Assembly (NCBI GenBank): GCA_021205585.1
Contig: JAJPXI010000207.1
Span: 1 to 52,525, forward strand
DNA length: 52,525 nucleotides
DNA from: Oscillospiraceae bacterium
Lineage (GTDB): Bacteria > Bacillota > Clostridia > Oscillospirales > Oscillospiraceae
Direction: 5' to 3'
This document shows positions 37,046-45,800 of the stretch, in pieces (within the stretch, counting starts at the first letter, position 1; each line of letters begins with the position of its first letter). The position numbers were made by a program, and so were the translations under genes. Below the pieces are notes generated by a model. That model did no database searches. It worked only from the letters and a program-made list of their open reading frames with translations, and was not told the DNA's origin.

Positions 37046-37369
37046 TTTGCGAAGCCACGCCGCTTAGTGATAAGCGGTTCATAATTTATTGAATTGCTGG
37101 AACACCCTTAGAGCCTTACCACCAAAACGGAGTAGCGAATAGCTACAAACGGCAATGGTTTGAAAACGGTAGGGATTGGGCAATCAGCAGCCAAGCCGCG
37201 AATAGCGGAAGGTTCAACGACTATCCCGCAAGGGAGTAGGGCCGCAAGCGATTGGCAGCTCGAAGCAGTAAATTACCTATTATATAGGTAAAAGATATAG
37301 TCTGAACTCATGTGAGAACATGAGGGGCGATGCCCTGTCCGGTGTAGCGAACCGGGCAAAACATAATTG
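37046..37369 (+). mobile_element. Group I intron 2 in the tape-measure gene (324 nt, ORF-less)
   Basis: P1 is cgtggT (37040-37045) with Gccacg (37054-37059). P10 is cgcaa (37371-37375) with ttgcg (37047-37051). P2 is cgctta-gtga-taagcg. P ttgaattgctgg at 37089-37100, Q gggcaatcagcagccaagc at 37178-37196, R ggttcaacgactatc at 37210-37224, S aaaagatatagtc at 37290-37302. It ends ...ataattG. The boundary is good to within a few nt. Confidence 0.85.
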
Positions 37370-37959
37370 ACGCAACGGCAGATGGTTCACCATCGGGGAC
37401 GACGCGGCAGAGTTCTTCCACCACGAACCAAATGACATTATATTCAACGCAGACCAGACTGAGCAGATCTTCAAGTACGGTAAGATAGTAAGTGGTCGCA
37501 AGAGAGGAACATCTTTCCTTACTGGCACTGCGTTTACTGGCGGCTCCGGCAGCGGAGTCAGCCCCTCTACGACCGCCACCGCCTCCACTGCCAAGACCAG
37601 CTCTTCTTCGAGCAGTTCATCCAGCAGTTCTTCTGACTCCGACGACGAGAATACAGAAGAGGTCATCGACTGGATTGAGATCGCAATCGACCGGATTGAG
37701 CGGGCGATCGACAATCTGGCTACCATAGCGGAGAGCGCGTATCACACGCTTGCCGAGCGGCTGAGCGCGACGAAGGACGAAATCTCCACAATCACAGAGG
37801 AGATTCAAGTTCAGCAGGCGGGCTATGACCGGTATATGCAAGAGGCCAACTCTGTCGGGTTGAGCAGTGACCTTGCGGCTAAGGTCATGGACGGCACCAT
37901 CGACATTGAGACGCTGGATGAGGATACCGCAGATTTAGTAAGCCAATTTCAAGAATGGT
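37370..37959 (+). CDS. Tail tape-measure protein, exon 4 (absent from the ORF track because it has no start codon)
   Basis: An open frame from 37371 encodes RNGRWFTIGDDAAEFFHHEPNDIIFNADQTEQIFKYG...poly-Ser...EEVIDWIEIAIDRIERAIDNL...DLVSQFQEW. A TGA lies immediately upstream at 37368-37370. Confidence 0.8.
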
Positions 37960-39361
37960 ATATTTTCATGCCGCTGTACCTGGAACTGGTACGGCTTTTC
38001 TACTGAATTGCTGGGACGCCCCAAAGGTGACTAAGCCAAAACGTGAGAATGAAAGATGTCTGAGCGTGACGGCGGCGAAAGCAGAAAAAATTAGGCACAT
38101 AGGATATGGCGAAAGCCTAAGTCCTTTACAACGGGCAATCAGCAGCCAAGCTCCGAATAGGAGAAGGTTCACAGACTATCGCTGAAATGCGAGTAGGGCC
38201 GCAAGCGATTGGCGGCTCGAAGTGGTAGATTACTTATAATTGCAATTTAGAAGCCAATGATAGGAGGTGAAATATGTTTGATGAAAATCAATTAGTTATG
38301 GTACGTTGGAATAATACAAATAAGGAATGGTACGAGTTGATGGGTTACAAATATACAAAACGATATGACCCCTTTTATGTAAAAGCAAAGCATCTTTCCT
38401 TACATTCTTCGGCGCAGATAGTTGTTGTGTGTGATTATTGTGGAAACGAATATAAAACACAGTATGCCTTAATTACAAACGGACGTCTACTTCTTAATAA
38501 GGATGCGTGCTCTAAGTGCGCGCCCACGAAGGCCAACGAGCTTAGATGGGCGAGAATGTCAAGAAAAAAGATGGGTGAAGCTCGGCGTATTTGTGATGAG
38601 TGCGGATATGAACTAATCTCTTCTGAAGATGATTATGCCGGAGCCACGGCCGCCATTCAATTTCGATGCCCGATACACGGTATCCAGACTATGAATCTTG
38701 ACAATCTTTTGAGAGGGCATAGGTGCAGAGATTGTGGCTATGATAGCGTTAGGGTAGCCTTAAAGCACAGTGGCGATTATGTCAAACAGGAAATCGAGAA
38801 GGTAAATGGCAATATACTACTAAACCCAGAAGATTATAAAGGGGCGTTTATCAACAATCTGCGTATTAGATGTAGGTGCGGAAATGTATTTACAACGGCG
38901 TTTTCCAGCTATACTAAGGCAGGGATAAATCGTTGTCATACATGTTCGTGCAAAGAGAGCAGTGGGGAATTAAAAATCAGGGAGTTTTTGGAGTCAAAAA
39001 ATATCACTTTCGTTCAGGAGAAAAGATTCAAAGATTGTTGTGATAAAAAGCCACTCCCGTTTGATTTTTATTTGCCAGACTATAACACTATTATTGAGTT
39101 TGATGGTCAGCATCATTATATGCCGGTACACGGAGAAGATCGCTACCTCGTGACAATAGCTCACGACCAAATAAAGAACCGATATTGTTGTGCCCACGAC
39201 ATTCATCTATTGCGTATTCCATATTGGGAAGGTAAACGTATGGAGGAAATTATCGCAAACGATCTAAAAATTGCAATATGAGTAAAAGATATAGTCGAAT
39301 CTCATGGGAAACCCATGAGGGTAAAAGCCCGTCGGGTGTAGCGCCCCGGCGAAATAAAATG
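37960..39361 (+). mobile_element. Group I intron 3 in the tape-measure gene (1402 nt) carrying a homing-endonuclease ORF
   Basis: P1 is tggT (37956-37959) with Gccg (37970-37973). P10 is atgaaaa (39362-39368) with ttttcat (37963-37969), 7 bp and contiguous with P1. The core is nearly identical to intron 2: P at 38003-38015, Q at 38133-38151, R ggttcacagactatc at 38166-38180, S aaaagatatagtc at 39284-39296. The last nucleotide is G at 39361. Confidence 0.9.
38274..39281 (+). CDS. Intron-encoded homing endonuclease candidate: zinc-ribbon repeats plus a C-terminal PD-(D/E)XK / Vsr-EDxHD-like nuclease
   Basis: ATG follows TAGGAGGTGA inside intron 3. It has three CxxC...CxxC-type modules, then GELKIREFLESKNITFVQEKRF...LPFDFYLPDYNTIIEFDGQHHY...DQIKNRYC...HLLRIPYWE. 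AT content is higher than in the flanks. Confidence 0.75.
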   Translation: MFDENQLVMVRWNNTNKEWYELMGYKYTKRYDPFYVKAKHLSLHSSAQIVVVCDYCGNEYKTQYALITNGRLLLNKDACSKCAPTKANELRWARMSRKKMGEARRICDECGYELISSEDDYAGATAAIQFRCPIHGIQTMNLDNLLRGHRCRDCGYDSVRVALKHSGDYVKQEIEKVNGNILLNPEDYKGAFINNLRIRCRCGNVFTTAFSSYTKAGINRCHTCSCKESSGELKIREFLESKNITFVQEKRFKDCCDKKPLPFDFYLPDYNTIIEFDGQHHYMPVHGEDRYLVTIAHDQIKNRYCCAHDIHLLRIPYWEGKRMEEIIANDLKIAI

Positions 39362-41640
39362 ATGAAAAGGCCCTCGACTGCTCCGACGCAATTCTTGAGC
39401 TGAAAGAAAATCTAGCCGACCTGTACTCTGAGCAGTTCACTCTCATCGAAGAGGACTACGAGAACCAGCTCGCCCTGTTGGAGCACCTGACCACCACATA
39501 CGACAACGCCATCACCGATACAGAGACCCGTGGGTATCTGGTGAGCAAGGAATACTACAAGGCGCTGACGGAGGTAGAACAGGAGAGTATCGCCGTGATG
39601 GAGAGCGAGTTGGACAGCTTGCAGTCTGCTCTGGCTGAAGCTCTGGACTCCGGGACAATCTCCATGTACAGTTCCGAATGGTATGATATGCAGGAGTCCA
39701 TCAACGCGGTCACGGAGTCCATTCAGGAGGCCACCACGTCCCTCGTGGAGTATGCCAACGCTATGCGGGAGTTGGATTGGGATTACTTTGACTATGTTGA
39801 AGACCAGATCAGCAACCTGACCAGTGAGGCCGACTTCCTGATCGACCTGATGTCCAATACAGATCTGTACACCGATAACGGCCAGCTGACCGATACCGGT
39901 ATTTCCACTATGGGTCTACACGCCCAGAACTACGATACCTATATGTACCAGGCCGACGACTATGCTGAGCAGATCGAGGAGTTGAACGAGGCGATCGCAG
40001 ACGATCCGTTCAACACGGATTTGCTGGAACGCAGGCAAGAGCTGCTTGAGTTACAGCAGGAATCCATTCTGGCTGCCGAGGAAGAGAAACAGGCCATTGT
40101 GGATATGGTTGAGGAAGGCATTGAGCTGGAGCTGAGCGCCCTTCAAGATCTTATAGATCAATACGAAAATTCTTTAGACTCAGCAAAAGATTTATATGAC
40201 TACCAAAAGTCAATCTCTGACCAAACTTCCGAAATTGCAAGTTTGCAGAAACAACTTTCCGCGTATTCGACCGGCAACGATACTTCCGAAGAAACACGAG
40301 CAACGGTTCAGAAACTACAAGTCAGCCTGGAAGAAGCCGAGACCGAGCTGGCCGAGATGCAATACGAGCAGTTTATTAGCGACACTAAGCAAATGCTCGA
40401 CAACCTGTACGACGAGTATGAGCTGATTTTGAATCAGCGGCTGGATGACATTGACTTACTAATCAGCGATATGATTACCGCTGTAAACGCCAATGCTATT
40501 ACAATTAACGACACCTTGCTAAGCCAGTCGGAAGCTGTTGGATATACGATGTCCACCGAGATGTCTAATATTTGGCAGACGGCCTCGGACGCTTTGCGAG
40601 AGCTTTTTAGCGAACTTGGTATCGACATTGAGAACGCTACGACTCTTAACACAGACAAGATGCAAGAGCTTCTTGATAGTCTCGGAATTGATATTGATGA
40701 CGCGACTTTATCCGTAGGAGATATGGTCAAACTGTATCAAGCAGCTGTGGAGCAAAACGGGAAAGATTACACTACAGCTGTGACGACATACGGACCGGAT
40801 TTCTCCGACAAACAGACGACGACTAATCAAACGCTGGACAGCATCAAGGCGTATGTAGCGGCTATGCAGCAAGCGTCCGACACGACAGCCGCTGCTACTG
40901 TCAGTGAAACTAAATCGTCTTCCAGCAGTTCCACATCCTCTTCTTCCAGCTCGTCCAGCTCCTCTTCCACGAAGTCAAGCAGCAACAGCTCTGGCGGCGA
41001 CGGGGTTGTGGCGGTTGGCGACAAGGTGACATTCAAGAGCGGCAAGTATTATACCGACTCCTATGGTACATCGCCGACTGGGTCTAAGTATCTCGGTGAG
41101 AGCGTATATGTGACGAAGGTTGTGTCCAGTCCGAAGTCTGGGCAGAACTACCCGATTCATATCAGCACCGGGAACAAGCTCGGCAATGGCGACTTAGGCT
41201 GGATTAAGAAGGATCAGATTACCGGGTACAAGACCGGCGGTCTGGTAGATTACACCGGCCTTGCTCAGCTGGACGGCACGCCGCAGGAACCGGAGCTTGT
41301 TCTGAATGCAACCGATACGGCGAACTTTATTGCGCTAAAGGACGCTATGGCTGATGTTGCGAACGGTAACACGCTGACGGCTCTCTTTGGAGACAGCGCG
41401 GCGGAAAATCTGCTGGAGCAGCTTACAACAATCGGTATGCCGCTGAGTGTGGAATCCGCCGGTATCACGCAGGACATCAATTGCACGATGAATGTGGCGA
41501 TCGACCATGTGGAAGACTATAACTCGCTGGTCAACCAAATGGTGAAAGATCCGCAGTTCGAGAAATTTGTGCAAGCTATGACGGTAGACCAAGCTGTTGG
41601 TGGGAGTAAACTGGCAAAGAACAAATATAAATGGGGATAA
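39362..41640 (+). CDS. Tail tape-measure protein, exon 5 (C-terminal part with poly-Ser linker and SH3b-like segment)
   Basis: It joins as tgg t|at gaa aag (W-Y-E-K) in the frame of track ORF 39478..41640. It contains helical repeats, a Ser-run at about 40915-40992, and GDKVTFKSGKYYTDSYG...GWIKKDQITGY. Confidence 0.8.
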
Positions 41641-41646
41641 GAAAAC

Positions 41647-41675
41647 GGGGAGGCATAAGCCTCCCCTCCCTATTT
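41647..41675 (+). terminator. Stem-loop after the tape-measure gene
   Basis: ggggaggc-ataa-gcctcccc (8 bp), then tccctattta. Confidence 0.5.
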
Positions 41676-41697
41676 ACGAACAAAAGGATGGTGCAAA

Positions 41698-42003
41698 GTG
41701 AATCTGACATGGGATACCAGGCGGTTGGAGCGAAAAATCTCTGTGCTTGAAAAGCGGGTCGAGGCTCTGACCGAGGAAAATCAGGAACTGAACAAACAGG
41801 CAGATGAGTTTCGAGCGAGCGAACAGCGCTGGTGTGCGCGTATTGCTGCGGCTGAGAAAATGGAGCAGGAATATCAGACGCTGATTGCCGAGGTGTTGGC
41901 GCTGCGCGAGAACTACCAGACGGCTCTGAATGAAGTAAAGGAAATGAAGGATACCTACAGGAAGAAATTTGAACAAGCGATCAAGCGGGTCAAGGCTCCT
42001 TGA
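41698..42003 (+). CDS. Coiled-coil hypothetical protein (101 aa)
   Basis: GTG start after aaaggatgg. Heptad-like Glu/Lys/Leu-rich sequence. Confidence 0.55.
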   Translation: MNLTWDTRRLERKISVLEKRVEALTEENQELNKQADEFRASEQRWCARIAAAEKMEQEYQTLIAEVLALRENYQTALNEVKEMKDTYRKKFEQAIKRVKAP

Positions 42004-42018
42004 AGGAGGTGCTAATTC

Positions 42019-42804
42019 TTGTATGCTTATGACTTTGAATATGACGGCGTAACTCTGAGCGACCTTGGGTATACGCTTTGTAAATTTGACTCCAGCGGAG
42101 AGGAAACCGTGACCAACGGGTCGCAGATTACATTTAATACAGTATCGACTTTAAGGGGCGCGAAATATGAGCTTACCAGTTCGGAGTATAGCGAGTGTAT
42201 CACCACAACATTCCAGATGTGTAAAGACTTGTGTGCTTTCGACGATTTGGAAATTTCCGTATCTGAAATGCGAGAGCTGATGAGCTGGCTGAACCGGAAG
42301 CGGTTTCATAAATTCAAACTGCTGGACGAGAATAATGAGTATTCCAGTTTTTACTTTGAGGGCAGTTTTAATATTAGCCGGATTGAGATGGACGATAAAG
42401 TTGTTGGGCTGGAGCTGACGTTGATCACCAACCGCCCGTTCGCACTTTTGGAGCCTGTCACTGTGACGATTTCAACGAGCGGGTCGTTTGAGGACGTATC
42501 GGACGAGGAAGGGTTTATTTACCCGGAGACCACGATTACTTTGAAAGCAAGCGGAAACCTGACGATTTATAATGTAGAGGAAGACAGGACGACATATATT
42601 GCGAACTGTACGTCCGGGGAAGTTATTACGATGAACTATCCGGTTATCTCCTCTTCTCTTTCGTCCCATGAAATCCAGAACGACTTTAACTGGAATTTCT
42701 TGAGGGTTGCAAATACATATGAGGAACACACAAACACAATCAGCTCTTCTCTAAGTTGTACGATTGTGATGACATATTCACCTGTTGTTAAGATTGGCCT
42801 GTAA
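42019..42804 (+). CDS. Distal tail protein (Dit / siphovirus tail component)
   Basis: TTG start after GAAGGAGGTG. 261 aa; MYAYDFEYDGVTLSDLGY...FYFEGSFNISRIEMDDKVVGLELTLITNRPFA is typical of Dit N-domains. It lies directly after the TMP gene. Confidence 0.75.
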   Translation: MYAYDFEYDGVTLSDLGYTLCKFDSSGEETVTNGSQITFNTVSTLRGAKYELTSSEYSECITTTFQMCKDLCAFDDLEISVSEMRELMSWLNRKRFHKFKLLDENNEYSSFYFEGSFNISRIEMDDKVVGLELTLITNRPFALLEPVTVTISTSGSFEDVSDEEGFIYPETTITLKASGNLTIYNVEEDRTTYIANCTSGEVITMNYPVISSSLSSHEIQNDFNWNFLRVANTYEEHTNTISSSLSCTIVMTYSPVVKIGL

Positions 42805-42815
42805 GGAGGGATAGC

Positions 42816-45800
42816 ATGGCAATCAAAATCAAGTTTGATGCGGCGGGAAATCCTGAGCCTCCTATCCTTGTCCTTGCCACTAGAAGTGGGGATAAGTTCG
42901 GACAGATCCCCGCCGGGTCCATTAACATTGCTGATTATCAGAACGAGCCGTCTGAGATTCAGTTCCAGGTTCACAAGTATGACAGTGATGGCGAGCTGGT
43001 TCCGCTTTGGGATGAGCTTGTCAATTTCCGGCTGGTATGGTGCCAGGAGTGGGACGTGTGGTTTGAAGCCACGGTCAGTCTGGACGAGGATACCGAGACA
43101 GTCAAGACAGTCAACTGTACGAGACTCGGACAGGCAGAACTGTCTCAGATTATGCTCTATGATATTGAAATCAATACCGAGGACGATATCGCCAGAGACG
43201 ACTATGAACGGGCTACGGTCTTTTATAGCACCGCATATCCAGAAGCGTCTCTGCTGGACCGTATTATGGAGAAAGCGCCGCATTACAGCATTGCCCATGT
43301 GGACGATACGCTTGTAAATATTCAACGCACATTTTCTTTCGATGGGACTTCCCTGTATGATGCGTTCCAGGAAATTGCTACGGAGATTGGTTGCCTGTTT
43401 GTCTTCGACTCCGAGTCTGATGATGATGGCAAACCGAACCGGACGATTTCTGTATATGACCTGGAGTCCACTTGTGCGTCCTGCGGCTATCGTGGTGAGT
43501 TTACCACAACCTGCCCTGAGTGCGGCGGCACGACGATCAACGAGGGGTATGGCGAGGACACCACTATTTTCGTTACGGCGGACGCGCTGGGCAGTAACAT
43601 CCAGTTCACTACGGACACGGACAGCGTAAAGAACTGCTTCCGGCTTGTAGGCGGCGACGACTTGATGACCGCCACGATCCGCAACTGCAACCCAAACGGG
43701 ACAAGCTATATCTGGTATCTGACCGACGACATGAAAACAGATATGTCGGACGAGCTGGTCACAAAGCTGGACAAATACGACGAACTCTATGCGTATTATA
43801 AGGACGAGTATGTGGCCAACATTTCTTCCAGTGTTATAACAGAGTACAACGAACTGGTCAAAAAATATCAGACGTACAACAGCGATCTGGAGACTCTAGA
43901 TACGTCAATTGTTGGATACGCGGCGCTGATGAACGCCTACTACAACGCGATTGATTTAGAGCTTTATCTCCAGTCAACATTGATGCCGGATGTAACGACG
44001 AGCGAGTCCGACGCCAGTGAACAGGCTGCCTTGCTGACAGCAAGCAACCTCTCCCCTGTTGCGGTCGCAAGTATTGATAGCGTGTCTACAGCCACGGCAA
44101 CCAGTGCGGTTCTGGCCATGGCGAAGGCTATTGTTAGCTCCAAATATCAGGTTAAAGTAAATGACGGGGCTACTCTGTCTGGCACCGCCTGGACTGGCTC
44201 GTTTACCGTCACGAACTATTCAGACGATGAGGACACCGCAACAAGCAGCACTATATCTGTTACGGTTACAGACGACTACGAGGAATATCTCTTACAGCTC
44301 ATTGAGAAAGAACTGAGCGCCGACGACACAGACGATGTGAGCATCACCGGATTGTTTGCATACGACATCGACGACTTTGAGGAAAAGCTGAAGCTTTATT
44401 GTCTCGATAGTCTTACCTCCTTCCACGATTCTTGTCAGGCTTGTTTGGATATTTTGATTGAGCAGGGCGTTGGCAACGCAGACACCTGGGCGGGTGAAGA
44501 CCCGAACCTGTATGATGACCTGTACGCGCCATACTACGAAAAGCTCATGGCTATCGAGAATGAGATGGCACTGCGGGAAGAGGAGATTGAGTTAATCACC
44601 GGCGTCTATGACTCCGACGGCAATCTTGAAACCGGCGGTGTGCAGACATATATCGAAGCTGAGCGGGATGCGATTCAGGAGGCTCTGGACTTCGAGACCT
44701 ATGTTGGCGAAGACTTGTGGCTGGAATTTTGTGCTTATCGCCGGGAAGATGAGTACAACAACAGCAACTATATTTCTGATGGGCTGGATAATGCTGAGCT
44801 ATTTGAGCGAGCACTAGAGTTTATTGAGGTTGCGGAAAATGAAATTTATAAGTCTGCTGAGCTTCAGCACTCTATCTCCGCAACGCTGAAGAATTTGCTC
44901 ATCATCAACGGGTTCGAGGCGCTTGTAGACTATTTTGAGATTGGAAATTGGCTACGCATCCGGGTTGACGACGACGTTTATAAGTTGCGGTTGATTGGGT
45001 ATGGAATTGATTACGACAATCTTGATGAAATCACGGTTGAGTTTTCGGATGTCGTGAAAACTGCAACTGGAGTTTCTGATATGGAGTCGATTCTTAGTCA
45101 GGCTTCTTCTATGGCTACGTCCTACAGCGCAACACAACAGCAGGCCAGCCAAGGTAGTTCGGCCAGTTCCGTTGTTTCTGGCTGGCGTACCAACGGGTTA
45201 GATGTGACCAATACTAAGATTATAAGCGGCGCGGATAATCAGTCTCAGACATGGGACTCTCACGGGATGTTGTTCCGCAAATACGACCCGCTGACTGATA
45301 GCTATGAGGCAGAGCAGTCCAAAATTGTAAACTCTACTTATGCTATCACGGATGACAACTGGAAAACGATTCGGACCGCTATCGGAAGATTCTATTATGT
45401 CGATCCGACGACCGGAGAACTGACCAGCGCATACGGTGTTAACGGTGAGGTGCTGGTCGGCAATCTGATTCTGGGCGAATCGCTTGGCATTTATACCGCC
45501 GACGGGTCCATGACGTTTGATGCAAATGGATTGACTATTGACACCTCAAGCGGCGTCGCTTTTACGATTACGAACAACGGCAACACACAGTTCTACATCG
45601 ACGCCAATGGTAATGTTGTGTTGGATAATGGCGCGTCTCTCGTGTGGGGGAACATCGACCTGACGGATCTTATTTTGAACGCCGATAATGTGGTCTCAAC
45701 TGACGATGATGGCAACACCGTAACATTCCAGTCGTATCTTCAGACCAAGTATCTGAACGCCCAGTATATTACCTCTGAGTGTATCGACACTCAGTATTTG

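Noticed and set aside
37280-37728. ORFs 37280..37726 (-) and 37492..37728 (+)
   Set aside because: These are shadow frames of TMP exon 4. The true exon frame (37370-37959) gives a TMP-like sequence continuous with the flanking exons.
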